Shown here piece by piece: positions 17,340 through 26,854 of a stretch of DNA of 46,450 nt. Positions within the stretch are counted from its first letter, which is position 1; every line of letters starts with the position of its first letter. Source of the DNA: a candidate division WOR-3 bacterium (GTDB lineage Bacteria > Hydrothermota > Hydrothermia > LBFQ01 > DSFT01); the NCBI GenBank assembly GCA_015494735.1, contig WGAQ01000159.1, forward strand, positions 1-46,450. The letters are read 5' to 3'. The position numbers and the translations under genes are program-made. The notes under the pieces are model-generated. The model was not told where the DNA came from. It saw only the letters and a list, made by a program, of their open reading frames with translations, and searched no databases.

Positions 17340-17705
17340 TCAGTCAGCAACTGGAATCACAGGCTCCACCCTGGGCAATACCTTCTCCGGTGTCAGCCTG
17401 TGGTCCACCTTCCACAGACCCCTCAGAATCTTGAGAGCATCTGCCCTCGCAACCGTGGCCTTATCCTGGGGCAACTTTGCCAGCTTGGGCTCTATATGCT
17501 CCTTCCAGATTTCCACTCCCCTGCGGTAGCCCCATGCCCTCACGTTGGTGGGGTGCTTCACGAGAAATTCCTGGGCCAGTTCCAGAGCCCTGTCCACCTC
17601 TCCAACGGACAGGAGTTCGGCTATCCTGGCTTCCACCTTGTAGGACTTCTTCTTAAGCTTCCTCTTCTGCTGCTTTCTTATCTGATACTGCTTCCACCTG
17701 CTCAT
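17340..17705 (-). CDS. Hypothetical basic protein
   Basis: Start set at ATG 17705 (MSRWKQYQIRKQQKRKLKKK) with AAGGAGG 5 nt upstream. A promoter-like GTAAAATTTGGGG lies at 17741-17727. No recognisable family. Confidence 0.5.
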   Translation of the reverse strand: MSRWKQYQIRKQQKRKLKKKSYKVEARIAELLSVGEVDRALELAQEFLVKHPTNVRAWGYRRGVEIWKEHIEPKLAKLPQDKATVARADALKILRGLWKVDHRLTPEKVLPRVEPVIPVAD

Positions 17706-17768
17706 CTGTCCCTCCTTTATGGATTGCCCCAAATTTTACAGCACCCGAAACGGTGTAAAATTACGGTG

Positions 17769-18950
17769 GTGCTTCTGTTAATCCTCGCCCAGAATCCCGG
17801 CGAAATAGGCTCCCTGATAGAAAGGGGAATGGTGGACTCGGTCTTCAGGATTCTGGAAAATTCCCCCTCACCCGCGGATTTCACCCTGGCATACAGTTTG
17901 ATGATGCGGAGCCCTTATTCCAACAGGATTCCCCGCCTCATAGAACTGGGAAGGAAGAAGTTCGGAAAGCGCTTCATGAATCAGCAGGCTTTCCAGTACT
18001 ATCTGGACAGGGGGGACCTGGACAGAGCTCTCGAAGAATTGAACTTCATGTATGGACTCCAGTCCGTGAAAGAGAAATTCCTGATGCTCGAGGAAAAATT
18101 CGGGGACAGGGTGTGGAAGAGTCTGAGGAAATTGAAGAATCCCTCCCCCACCCTGAGAAGGGTGGCAGCATCCCTGCTTATAGAAAGGGGGGACTACGAC
18201 AACGCCATATCCCTTGCCCGCTCCTTCGAGGATACGGTACGGATAGCCAGAGTCCTGATGAAGAGGGGGAAATACGACCTGGTGGTCCGCCTCCTGGAGA
18301 AGGACTACAGAAGGAGAAAGGAAACCATGAAACTCTACGGGCTTGCCCTGTACCACATGGGCCTGTACTCCGAAGCAGCCCGGATTCTGGAGAAGGTGGA
18401 CCCGAAAGCAGCCTCCAGAGCATACCTCAGGGCAGGTGATTTCGAGAGGGCTGAGCGCCTCTCTGCGGATACCATTACCCTGATTAAAACCAGCTTCGCA
18501 CGGGGGAACTATCCGAAGGTCATCGACCTGTGCAGCAGAATCCTGACCCCGGAGTGCATCGCGGCAGCCCTCTTTGCTTATCCAGACAGTGCAATGGAAG
18601 TCATAGCCCGGCTCTCCATAAGGGCCCGGAAGGTCTCACCCGCCACTGGAATACTGGTCCAGGTCTTTTCCAGTTATCCCCCCGGGACGGTGAGGATGTT
18701 CATGGAAAACGTATTCAGAGGGACGAATCACCGGATGGAAGAGGAGCTGTACCATCTGTCCATGGCCCTCAGGGGGGAAATGGAGGGGAGAGAGGGAATG
18801 GCGATAGAGCACTACAGCCGGATTAAGGGATGGGCCAGGCCATTCGCCCTGTACAGATTGTACGTCCTCACGGGAAAGGAAGAGTACAGGAAGGAATTGC
18901 TCGATGATTACCCCCAGAGCGCCTATTCCATGATGGTGGCGCGGGAGTGA
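17769..18950 (+). CDS. TPR/alpha-solenoid-like repeat protein (hypothetical)
   Basis: Helical repeat character (LDRGDLDRALEEL, LIERGDYDNAISLA, LRAGDFERAERL). The start is uncertain: GTG 17766/17769 just after the TAAAATTA box (17756-17763), or ATG 17829. The track ORF start at 17400 is antisense overlap. Confidence 0.5.
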   Translation: MLLLILAQNPGEIGSLIERGMVDSVFRILENSPSPADFTLAYSLMMRSPYSNRIPRLIELGRKKFGKRFMNQQAFQYYLDRGDLDRALEELNFMYGLQSVKEKFLMLEEKFGDRVWKSLRKLKNPSPTLRRVAASLLIERGDYDNAISLARSFEDTVRIARVLMKRGKYDLVVRLLEKDYRRRKETMKLYGLALYHMGLYSEAARILEKVDPKAASRAYLRAGDFERAERLSADTITLIKTSFARGNYPKVIDLCSRILTPECIAAALFAYPDSAMEVIARLSIRARKVSPATGILVQVFSSYPPGTVRMFMENVFRGTNHRMEEELYHLSMALRGEMEGREGMAIEHYSRIKGWARPFALYRLYVLTGKEEYRKELLDDYPQSAYSMMVARE

Positions 18951-18953
18951 GAA

Positions 18954-20603
18954 TCAGAACATGTTCCCCACGCCGAAGTAAATCCTGACATCCGCAGGGA
19001 AGACCCTGAACTTATCGTTCACAGCGAAATCGATGCGTATGGGGGCAAATCCCGCATAGAACCTCAATCCGAACCCATACCCGATGGCGGGTTTTTTAGA
19101 GAAGAGAAGGGAAAGGGTGTCCGAGGTCCACGCCCCATCCATGAAGAGGACGAATCCGAACCTGGAGGTCAGATGATTCCTGTACTCCAGATTGAAGTTC
19201 AGGTAATTGGTGGAAGCGGGATTCAGACTATCGCTGACCACGGTTCCTATGCTGTTGAAGTCGTATCCCCTCACGGAACCCTCCCCCCCAAGGAGGAATC
19301 TCTCGCTGTAGGGGACCTCCTCGCGGGAGAAAATCTGGCCTCCCCTGAGCCTGAGGGCCAGTGTGTGGATATCCAGACTCCGGTATATGGCATACACTTC
19401 CGTCAACTTCCAGAAACTGGCCCCCGAAAAGGCCCTCTGGGTGTAAAGGGACATGAGGACACCGAAGGTGGCATCCAGTATGTTGTTCCTGTCATCGTAA
19501 GTGGCCCTCTGGAAGATGCTGTTTATGTTCATGTAGGGCTGATAGGTGAAGGCCTCCGTCTTCTTCCAGGAGAGGCCCAGGTGAACGTAGAAGTACCTCG
19601 AGAATTCCTTTATGGTCTCCGCGTTGAGGCCGTACTCGTTTACATCCTTCGTCCTGTAGTGGAAGGCATTCATGTTAAACCGTAGATTCTTCCTGTCCAG
19701 GAAGTACCTCTCCCTGTAATATATGTCCAGCCTCCTCTCGTATATGCTGACCCCATCGGAAAAGGAGAAGAGAAGGACCGGGGCAACTTCCAGATTCTGC
19801 ATGTTTCCAAAAATGTTGTAGTGTCCGAGACGAAAACTCAGGTACAGATATGATGGATAGGTGAAACCCAAGTTGTTCTCCAGATATCTCAACTTACTCT
19901 CCTTCACCACGAAGACCAGAATGCTGTCGTCCCTTATCCTGTAATTGACGGCGTCGAATACCTGAAGCGAATACAGTCTCCTGACCGACTCCATAACCCT
20001 GGAATACCGGAACACCTCCGGAGGATGAATCACTATCTCCTTGAAGAAGATGGCGGAGCGTATGTGATGATTGCCCTCGATGACGATTTTCTTTATCGTA
20101 ACGGGAGGACCGGATGAAATCTTCTCCTTAAGAACCACGGCGGTATCGTTCAGGAATGTGGTATCGCGGGTCATCTGGAAGTGGGGGTAGCCGTTTTCGT
20201 AGTAGAAGTAGTAGATATCGGTCTCCAGCGAGGATATGAAGTCCTCATCGTAGGGTACCGGACGGAAATTCCTCTCCAGGCGGGCAACGTACGGCAGGAT
20301 GGTGTCCCCCTCGAACACCAGGTCCACTATCCACGCCCTCCTCCCCTCCTGTATCTTAAGGAAGATGTCCACGGTGGCATCCGGATTTATCCTGTAGGAG
20401 CTCTCTATCCTGGCGGAGAAGAAGCCCTTGCTCGCATAGAGTATCTGAAGCCTGGCCACTCCCGAGCGAAGCCTCACCCGGCTGAAGGCTCCCCCCTCCT
20501 TCAATCTGAGGGCTTCCACAATCCTGTGGGTGGGGAAGAAGTGATTCCCCTCGACATTTATGGAGCGAATTTTGAGATAAGAAAGGAGAAAGAAGGGGAG
20601 CAA
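18954..20603 (-). CDS. Omp85/BamA family outer-membrane protein
   Basis: POTRA-like INVEGNHFFPTHRIVEALRLKEG...LQILYASKGFFSARIE. C-terminal barrel GYGFGLRFYAGFAPIRIDFAV...YFGVGNMF. TTG start 10 nt after the atpA stop, with GGGGGG as a possible SD. Confidence 0.85.
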   Translation of the reverse strand: MLPFFLLSYLKIRSINVEGNHFFPTHRIVEALRLKEGGAFSRVRLRSGVARLQILYASKGFFSARIESSYRINPDATVDIFLKIQEGRRAWIVDLVFEGDTILPYVARLERNFRPVPYDEDFISSLETDIYYFYYENGYPHFQMTRDTTFLNDTAVVLKEKISSGPPVTIKKIVIEGNHHIRSAIFFKEIVIHPPEVFRYSRVMESVRRLYSLQVFDAVNYRIRDDSILVFVVKESKLRYLENNLGFTYPSYLYLSFRLGHYNIFGNMQNLEVAPVLLFSFSDGVSIYERRLDIYYRERYFLDRKNLRFNMNAFHYRTKDVNEYGLNAETIKEFSRYFYVHLGLSWKKTEAFTYQPYMNINSIFQRATYDDRNNILDATFGVLMSLYTQRAFSGASFWKLTEVYAIYRSLDIHTLALRLRGGQIFSREEVPYSERFLLGGEGSVRGYDFNSIGTVVSDSLNPASTNYLNFNLEYRNHLTSRFGFVLFMDGAWTSDTLSLLFSKKPAIGYGFGLRFYAGFAPIRIDFAVNDKFRVFPADVRIYFGVGNMF

Positions 20604-20613
20604 GGCACCCCCC

Positions 20614-22413
20614 TTATACTGCTTCCCTTCTCTTGGAAAGTTCCTGCTTCAGAGAGTTGAGTATATCCTGAGCCACGGCATCCACCTTATCCTCGGGCTC
20701 CTCCTTCAGACGCATAATCCGCTCCACCTGCGGAAGGGTCGGAATCTCGTCCGCTTCCAGAATCTCCTCCTCCACTGCCCTGCGGATTTCCTCGTAGAAC
20801 TTATAAATGGTGTCCATCATGACGAACTGCTTGTGGAGGGAGCAGTCAGCATCCACGGGATGGAATGCATTCTGCTGTAGATAACCGATTCGGATAATCC
20901 TTCCGATTTCCAGCATGACCCTCTCCATCTCCTGAAGGGCATCGGGACCGATGAGTTGCACGATTTCCTCGAGTTCGGCCTCCTTCTGAAGCACCTCGGA
21001 AATCCAGGTGCGCCTCTCGCTCCAGAGCTCGTTGACATTCTCTTTATACCACTTCTCTATGAGGGGATAGTAAAGGGTATAACTCTTGAGCCAGTTGATG
21101 GCCGGATAGTGCCTCCTCCTGGCCAGGTTGGAATCCAGAGCCCAGAAGGCACCCACCACCCTGAGGGTGGCCTGAGTAACGGGCTCGGAGTAATCACCTC
21201 CCTGAGGGGACACCGCACCAACCGCCGTAACGGAACCCTCCTGATTGGACAGGGTCCTGACGCGGCCGGTCCTCTCGTAGAAGGCTGCGAGCCTGGAGGA
21301 CAGATAGGTGGGATAACCCTCTTCACCGGGCATCTCCTCGAGACGAGAGGACAACTCCCTCAGGGCCTCCGCCCATCTGGAAGTGGAGTCCGCCAGAAGG
21401 AGCACATTGTAGCCCATATCCCTGTAGTACTCCGCAAGGGTAATACCGGTGTAGATGGACGCTTCACGGGCGGCAACGGGCATGTTGGAGGTGTTCACCA
21501 CCAGTATGGTCCTGTTCATGAGGGGCTCTCCGGGTCTTGTGGGGTCCTCCAGCTCGGGGAATTCGGTCAGAACTTCTGTCATCTCGTTTCCACGCTCACC
21601 GCATCCGATGTAAACCACCACGTCCACCCTCGCATACTTGGCCAGGGTCTGCTCCGTAACCGTCTTACCGGTGCCGAATCCACCGGGCAGACCTGCGTTT
21701 CCGCCCAGCGCTATGGGGAATAGGGTATCCAGAATCCTCTGACCCGTCTGGAGGGGGATGGTGGGAAGCTCCTTCCGGAGGACAGGCCTGGGAACACGGA
21801 CGGGCCACTTGTGGGCCATCCTGATTTCGTACTCCTTACCGGTCTCGTCGTCCTTTATAACCGCAATGGTATCGTGAACCGTATAGGAACCTTCCTTTAT
21901 ATCCACGACCGTAAAGGTCTTCTCGAAGTCTTCCTTATCGAACTCCGTCTTACCGATGATGTTGGGAGGTACCATCACCCTGTGGGGAATGGAGGGGGTT
22001 TCCTGCACCTCCCCTATCACGCTTCCCAGCTTAACCTTATCGCCCACCTTTACTGTGGGCCTGAATTCCCACTTCTTTTCCGGGTCGAGGGCCGGAATAT
22101 CCACGCCCCTGGTAATGAAGGGACCAACCCTGTCCCTGATAACGTCGAGGGGACGCTGAATTCCGTCGAATGCCTGTCCGAGAAGTCCGGGGCCCAGTTC
22201 CACAACCAGCGATTCTCCAGTCCTCTCTATGGGCTCTCCCACGAAGAGTCCGGAAGTGTCCTCGTAAACCTGTATGAATGCTGTATCTCCCTTAAGCCTG
22301 ATTATCTCTCCCACCAGTTTTTCCTTACCCACCTTCACGATTTCGTTCATTCGGGCCCCTCTGAGACCCTTTCCAACGACCAGTACGCCCGCTATCCTCG
22401 AAATCTCAGCCAT
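20614..22413 (-). CDS. atpA: V-type ATP synthase catalytic subunit A
   Basis: [16 protein letters not shown] and Walker [10 protein letters not shown]. 599 aa with no intein-sized insertion. Confidence 0.95.
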   Translation of the reverse strand: MAEISRIAGVLVVGKGLRGARMNEIVKVGKEKLVGEIIRLKGDTAFIQVYEDTSGLFVGEPIERTGESLVVELGPGLLGQAFDGIQRPLDVIRDRVGPFITRGVDIPALDPEKKWEFRPTVKVGDKVKLGSVIGEVQETPSIPHRVMVPPNIIGKTEFDKEDFEKTFTVVDIKEGSYTVHDTIAVIKDDETGKEYEIRMAHKWPVRVPRPVLRKELPTIPLQTGQRILDTLFPIALGGNAGLPGGFGTGKTVTEQTLAKYARVDVVVYIGCGERGNEMTEVLTEFPELEDPTRPGEPLMNRTILVVNTSNMPVAAREASIYTGITLAEYYRDMGYNVLLLADSTSRWAEALRELSSRLEEMPGEEGYPTYLSSRLAAFYERTGRVRTLSNQEGSVTAVGAVSPQGGDYSEPVTQATLRVVGAFWALDSNLARRRHYPAINWLKSYTLYYPLIEKWYKENVNELWSERRTWISEVLQKEAELEEIVQLIGPDALQEMERVMLEIGRIIRIGYLQQNAFHPVDADCSLHKQFVMMDTIYKFYEEIRRAVEEEILEADEIPTLPQVERIMRLKEEPEDKVDAVAQDILNSLKQELSKRREAV

Positions 22414-22417
22414 GGGC

Positions 22418-22428
22418 TAATTTTAAAG
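22418..22428 (-). promoter_or_regulatory. Promoter-like box upstream of atpA (leaderless-type)
   Basis: Minus strand gaCTTTAAAATTAgcccATG. Confidence 0.45.
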
Positions 22429-22498
22429 TCTCAAATTGTCATGGAGCGGGCAGGTGCGATATTGGAAGAACCGTTTTCACAAAGGGGATGAGTTGAAT

Positions 22499-23575
22499 TC
22501 AGGCACTCTCCCCGGAGGTGATTCTCAGGAAAGAGGGGTCTATCTTCTCTATGAGGGCCAGTTGTCCGCATGCGGCCATGACATCCCTTCCCCTAGACCA
22601 GCGCACGGTCATGGGAACATCCAGCATCCTCTTCTTGAGCCTCCAGTAGAAGTCCTCCACCTCCTCCTCCGTGGGGCTCTTCCAGTCGAATTCCGGCACC
22701 GGGTTGTACGGAATGAGGTTTATCTTCACCACCAGACCCCTCGTGAATTCGTACAGGGCCTCCACATCCTCATCCGTGTCGTTGAAACCCGCAAGATGTA
22801 TATACTCCAGGGTTATCCTGCGGCGCTTCTTCTGGTAGTAGTACTTCAGAGCCTCCTTCAACTCGTCCAGTTTGTACTTCCGGGCTATGGGCATTATCTT
22901 CTCCCTCTTCTCCTGAATGGCAGCATGCAGGGACAGGGCCAGTTTCACCCTCCTGTCGAAGTCCGCCAGTTCGTATATGCCCGGGACTATGCCGCTGGTG
23001 GACACGGTTATGTGCCTCACCCCTATCCCCAGACCTATATGGGATGTCATTATGCGTATGGCCTGCTTCACGTTGGGGAGGTTCAGAAGGGGCTCCCCCA
23101 TTCCCATGAAGACCACGTTGGTTATCTTCTGACCCACGGCCTTCTGGATATACAGGACCTGGTCCGCAATCTCCCAGAAGTGGAGGTTCCTCTTAAATCC
23201 GAGGAGCCCCGTGGCACAGAATCTGCATCCGAGGGAACATCCCGACTGGGAAGAGACGCACACGGTCCTGCGATTTTCCGAAGGCATATAGACCGATTCG
23301 AAGTCGGAGAAGAGGAACTTTATGGTGCCATCCACGCTGGAAACCAGTCTCTTCCTCTCCTCTATGGAGCCCACGTAATAACCCTCTTCGATGAGTTTCT
23401 GCCTGAAAACTTTGGGCAAATCGGAGAAGTTTTCTATCCTATCCTCCCCCCTCTTCCATATCCATCGATAGAGCTGAACCCCCCGGTATCTCTTCTCACC
23501 GAGGGCAGACAGTTGCTTCAGGGTAAGGGCCTTGAGGTTCTTAGTGATGGTGTTCATGTCCATCATCGTGGACAT
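22499..23575 (-). CDS. rlmN: 23S rRNA/tRNA adenine-C2 methyltransferase RlmN (radical SAM)
   Basis: CSLGCRFCATG radical-SAM CxxxCxxC motif and GEKRYRGVQLYRWIW N-terminus. Several in-frame ATGs lie at 23557-23575 and overlap the slyD 3' end. Confidence 0.9.
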   Translation of the reverse strand: MSTMMDMNTITKNLKALTLKQLSALGEKRYRGVQLYRWIWKRGEDRIENFSDLPKVFRQKLIEEGYYVGSIEERKRLVSSVDGTIKFLFSDFESVYMPSENRRTVCVSSQSGCSLGCRFCATGLLGFKRNLHFWEIADQVLYIQKAVGQKITNVVFMGMGEPLLNLPNVKQAIRIMTSHIGLGIGVRHITVSTSGIVPGIYELADFDRRVKLALSLHAAIQEKREKIMPIARKYKLDELKEALKYYYQKKRRRITLEYIHLAGFNDTDEDVEALYEFTRGLVVKINLIPYNPVPEFDWKSPTEEEVEDFYWRLKKRMLDVPMTVRWSRGRDVMAACGQLALIEKIDPSFLRITSGESA

Positions 23576-24029
23576 GTCCGTGCTCCAGTTCCTCCGGTGT
23601 TGCATCCCTCACTTCCACCACCTTCACCCTGAACTTCAAATCCTTCCCCGCCAGCGGATGGTTGAAATCCACCACCACCTCCTTTCCCTGGATATCCTTC
23701 ACCGTGAAGGGCAGCACCTCTCCCTCGGGGGTCTGGGCGTAGTACACCATCCCCTTCTGAGGAGTCTGGCCCCCGAATGCCTCCAGGGGCACCCTGTCTA
23801 TTAAATCCTGCCTGTAAAGACCGTAAGCGTCCTTCGCTTCGAGTTCCACTTCCTTCTCATCCCCCACCTTCAACCCCTCCAGAGCCTTCTCCAGACCGGG
23901 GAGCATCGCACCTGTACCATGGATGTACGAGTATTCCGATTCCTCCAACTTCTCTCCAGTCTGAATATCGTACAACTCGTATTGTATCTTCACCACCTTA
24001 TTCTTTTCCACTTTCTGCTGCTCACTCAT
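23541..24029 (-). CDS. slyD: FKBP-type peptidyl-prolyl isomerase SlyD with His-rich tail
   Basis: KNKVVKIQYELYD...HGTGAMLPGLEKALEGLKVGDEKEVELEAKDAYG...DFNHPLAGKDLKF, and a tail HGHVHDDGHEHHH. ATG 24029 is preferred over the TTG at 24035. Confidence 0.9.
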   Translation of the reverse strand: MSEQQKVEKNKVVKIQYELYDIQTGEKLEESEYSYIHGTGAMLPGLEKALEGLKVGDEKEVELEAKDAYGLYRQDLIDRVPLEAFGGQTPQKGMVYYAQTPEGEVLPFTVKDIQGKEVVVDFNHPLAGKDLKFRVKVVEVRDATPEELEHGHVHDDGHEHHH

Positions 24030-24032
24030 TTG

Positions 24033-24042
24033 CAAAGTTTAC
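24033..24042 (-). promoter_or_regulatory. Promoter-like box upstream of slyD (leaderless-type)
   Basis: Minus strand ctGTAAACTTTGcaaATG. Confidence 0.45.
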
Positions 24043-24254
24043 AGTAAAGTTTTACGCTTTTTTAAAACTCAACGGGGCACCTTCGGACATGAAGACATGG
24101 TGGGAAAAGTTGAAGGATACGAGGTTCTGGAATAAGGATGAAACATCATCAAGAAGGACCTGCTGTTTATCCGGAAGAGCCCAACGAGAGAGTCTGGAGA
24201 AGATAAAGACTTCGCTATTTCAAAGCCCGTGGGTCTGTGATTTAAAGAGTTCCA

Positions 24255-24608
24255 CTATTTGCCGTATAGTTGCATTTCCCGGCTGGCCGGATAATCGGGA
24301 ACGACATGGATACCGTCAACATAGATTTTTAAATGAGCCACTATCATACCCTTGTAAGCAAGGGGAACGACCCAAACACTTTCGGGCTCCCCGTATTCAG
24401 CACCATTGAGAACTTCAAGGTCACGGACGATTGCAGGTAAATTATTTCTAATGCTTTCTACTGGCACCGCTGTTATGCCTGCAATAATATGGAGTCCAGG
24501 ATGCAGAAGAGAACCATCTGCCGGATTGAAGTGCAAAACAGCTACCGCTGTTCCTTCGTAAAGCAAGCCTGTTAAAAACCAGAATTTGGTTGTTTTGCAT
24601 TTCTTCAT
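24255..24608 (-). CDS. Small hypothetical secreted/membrane-anchored protein in a lower-GC pocket
   Basis: 117 aa from ATG 24608 (MKKCKTTKFWFLTGLLYEGTAVAVL, a signal/TM-like N-terminus). The open frame persists in an AT-richer stretch. Codon usage differs from neighbours (aaa, tta, gtt, ggt). No SD or promoter box is seen. Confidence 0.4.
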   Translation of the reverse strand: MKKCKTTKFWFLTGLLYEGTAVAVLHFNPADGSLLHPGLHIIAGITAVPVESIRNNLPAIVRDLEVLNGAEYGEPESVWVVPLAYKGMIVAHLKIYVDGIHVVPDYPASREMQLYGK

Positions 24609-24787
24609 TAAGGGACGCTGGAGTCCGGAAGAAGGGCCTGAATCATGGTCCTGTGAAGATAGAACCTGCCCCGGTCCCTGAAACCATATTCGACATCCCC
24701 CGGAATTATTCTCCGCTTCCCAACTACTGTGGAAGTTCCATGCTTTAACCTGACTCAACGGAGCCCGCATCGATTTCCCCGATTCGG

Positions 24788-24800
24788 GTTAAACTTTTTG
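24788..24800 (+). promoter_or_regulatory. Promoter-like box upstream of the khtT-like gene (leaderless-type)
   Basis: GTTAAACTTTTTGaactATG. Confidence 0.45.
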
Positions 24801-24804
24801 AACT

Positions 24805-25287
24805 ATGCGTATCGATTCCTTCGAAATTCCCGGTGTGGGAAAGAGGTACGAATTCCACACGAAGCACGGGGATGTCTTCGTTCTGATAGAGAAGCTGGAT
24901 GGGAAGAGGGAACTCTCCATCCTGAAGGACGATGAGGTGGTGGCAACGGTGGAACTCAGTCCGGAGGAGGCCAACCAGCTGGCCCTCATTCTGGCCCCAT
25001 CCTTCATAACCGATTTCCTGGACAAGAAAATCGACATAATATTCAGGAATGTGGCCATCGATTCCTTCGAGATAAGGGAGGGCTTCTTCGCATCGGGGAA
25101 GACCCTGAGGGAATTGCAACTCAGGAACAGGACAGGCGCATCGATAATATCCATAATGCGGGGCAACGAGATAATCACCAATCCTTCCCCGGATACGGTT
25201 CTGAAACCGGGGGACGTGGTGGTCATGATAGGTAAAAAGGAAGAGGTGGAGAGGGCCCAGAAGTATCTGGCAAAGGGTGATTTCTGA
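24805..25287 (+). CDS. Cation:proton antiporter regulatory subunit (KhtT-like, TrkA-C domain)
   Basis: MRIDSFEIPGVGKRYEF N-terminus resembles B. subtilis KhtT. C-terminal TrkA-C: GKTLRELQLRNRTGASIISIMRGNEIITNPSPDTVLKPGDVVVMIG. Confidence 0.8.
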   Translation: MRIDSFEIPGVGKRYEFHTKHGDVFVLIEKLDGKRELSILKDDEVVATVELSPEEANQLALILAPSFITDFLDKKIDIIFRNVAIDSFEIREGFFASGKTLRELQLRNRTGASIISIMRGNEIITNPSPDTVLKPGDVVVMIGKKEEVERAQKYLAKGDF

Positions 25288-26432
25288 TGGAGCCCATAAT
25301 CGCATTTTCCATAATCTTCCTCCTGATGGTGGGAGCCGTTTTTCTATCGAATGCCCTGAGGACCTCCTACGTTCTGGGATACATTCTGGCGGGATTCCTG
25401 TACGGCCACTTCTTCCACTTCCACAGGGGGGCCATCGACTTCATATTCGAAACGGCGGTGCTCCTCCTGTTCTTCTTCCTGGGTCTGGAGTTCTCCCTGC
25501 GCAAGCTCAGGCCCATCTTCTCCAGCATAATGAAGGTCTCCATAACGGACTTCGTCCTCAACTTCTCCATCGGATTTGCGGCGGGATATCTGATGACGGG
25601 AAACCTGTACCACGCCATCCTGATAGGGGCCATATTCTATCCCAGCAGTTCCATAATAATCGTCAAACTCCTGGAATTGAGGCACCGCTTTTCCAACATA
25701 GAGGCACCTGTCATAGTGGGAACGCTCATCTTCGAGGACATCATGATGATTCTCCTCATAGGGGTAATCGTGGCATTCGGTCCCCAGATTCTGCTCAAAC
25801 TGGCCATAATCCTGACGGCAATCGTCCTCGCATTCATCGCAAACCTGAAACTCAGGCCATATCTCGAAAGTCTCATAAGGAAAATCGAATCCTACACAGT
25901 GGAGGTGAAGACCATCTCCTTCCTCTTCTTCATCTTCTCCCTGTCTGCCCTCTTCAAGAAGATGGACATAACCGCTTCCCTCGGGGCCTTCCTGGTGGGA
26001 GTCATCTTTTCCGACATATCCGAAAGGAGTTTCGAGGAGTCCCTGGGCAACCTGAAGGACATATTCCTGGCCCTGTTCTTCTTCTTCTTCGGATACGAAT
26101 TGTCCCACATCCACTTCACCACCTCCGTACTGGCACCGGCGGTGATACTCTTCCTCCTGTCCATAGCATCCAAAGTGAGCGTATTCTACCTCAGCGGATT
26201 CAGAAGGAAGACCAGATTGAGGGCGGGATTCACGATGGTGCCCAGGGGTGAATTCTCCATACTCCTATCCCATTACGTGCAGGTGGAGGAGGTGAAGGGC
26301 GCCCTGCTTCTCTTCGTTGTCATGAACATATTCTTCGGGACGTTCATGGCGGATAATGCATCCCGCCTCGCATCTCTGGTGGACAGACTTCTGTCCGGAC
26401 TATCGGGAATGTGGAAGAGGACTTCCGCCTGA
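25287..26432 (+). CDS. CPA2 family cation:proton antiporter (KhtU/Kef-like)
   Basis: 381 aa polytopic membrane protein: LGYILAGFLYG, FFFLGLEFSL, VIVGTLIFEDIMMILLIGV. Its start overlaps the khtT-like stop. Confidence 0.85.
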   Translation: MEPIIAFSIIFLLMVGAVFLSNALRTSYVLGYILAGFLYGHFFHFHRGAIDFIFETAVLLLFFFLGLEFSLRKLRPIFSSIMKVSITDFVLNFSIGFAAGYLMTGNLYHAILIGAIFYPSSSIIIVKLLELRHRFSNIEAPVIVGTLIFEDIMMILLIGVIVAFGPQILLKLAIILTAIVLAFIANLKLRPYLESLIRKIESYTVEVKTISFLFFIFSLSALFKKMDITASLGAFLVGVIFSDISERSFEESLGNLKDIFLALFFFFFGYELSHIHFTTSVLAPAVILFLLSIASKVSVFYLSGFRRKTRLRAGFTMVPRGEFSILLSHYVQVEEVKGALLLFVVMNIFFGTFMADNASRLASLVDRLLSGLSGMWKRTSA

Positions 26433-26437
26433 CACCA

Positions 26438-26447
26438 TTTAAACTTT
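26438..26447 (+). promoter_or_regulatory. Promoter-like box upstream of ndk (leaderless-type)
   Basis: TTTAAACTTTcgggcATG, placed directly after the antiporter stop (26430-26432). Confidence 0.45.
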
Positions 26448-26452
26448 CGGGC

Positions 26453-26854
26453 ATGAGGACGCTTCTCATGATTAAACCCGATGCTGTGGAAAAGAAAGTG
26501 GTGGGGAAGATTATCTCCATGGTTGAGGAAAGGGGCTTCGATATCAGGGATATGCGCATGAAGAGATTCACAAGGGATGAGGCGGAGAAGTTCTACGAGG
26601 TGCACAGAGGAAAGCCCTTCTTCGAGGAGCTGGTTCAGTTCATCACGAGCGGCCCGGTCGTGGGCCTGTGCCTGGAAGGAGAGGACATAGTGAACAAGGT
26701 GAGGAATTTCATAGGCGCCACGGACCCCTCGAAAGCAGACCCCTGCACGGTAAGGGCCCTCTATGGAACCGATATATCCCGCAACGCAGTGCATGCCTCT
26801 GACTCCCCCGAGAATGCAGAGAGAGAACTGAAATTCTTCTTCGAAAATTGCTGA
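26453..26854 (+). CDS. ndk: Nucleoside-diphosphate kinase
   Basis: MRTLLMIKPDAV...GPVVGLCLEGEDIV...NAVHASDS, which includes the active-site His. The start is set at the conserved N-terminus, not the track's 26411. Confidence 0.95.
   Translation: MRTLLMIKPDAVEKKVVGKIISMVEERGFDIRDMRMKRFTRDEAEKFYEVHRGKPFFEELVQFITSGPVVGLCLEGEDIVNKVRNFIGATDPSKADPCTVRALYGTDISRNAVHASDSPENAERELKFFFENC

Noticed and set aside
17400-17765. 5' third of ORF 17400-18950
   Set aside because: It is fully antisense to the 17340-17705 gene, which has a strong SD. Its translation is Leu/Pro-rich without structure. The repeat protein more likely starts at GTG 17766/17769 or ATG 17829.
20614-22413. Possible intein or insertion in V-ATPase subunit A
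   Set aside because: The length (599 aa) and the uninterrupted conserved blocks around the Walker A motif argue against any intein-sized insertion.
24609-24770. 54-aa N-terminal extension of the small ORF (track start 24770)
   Set aside because: The extension has no features. The internal MKKCKTTKFWFL… looks like a genuine N-terminal signal or anchor. Confidence in the whole gene remains modest.
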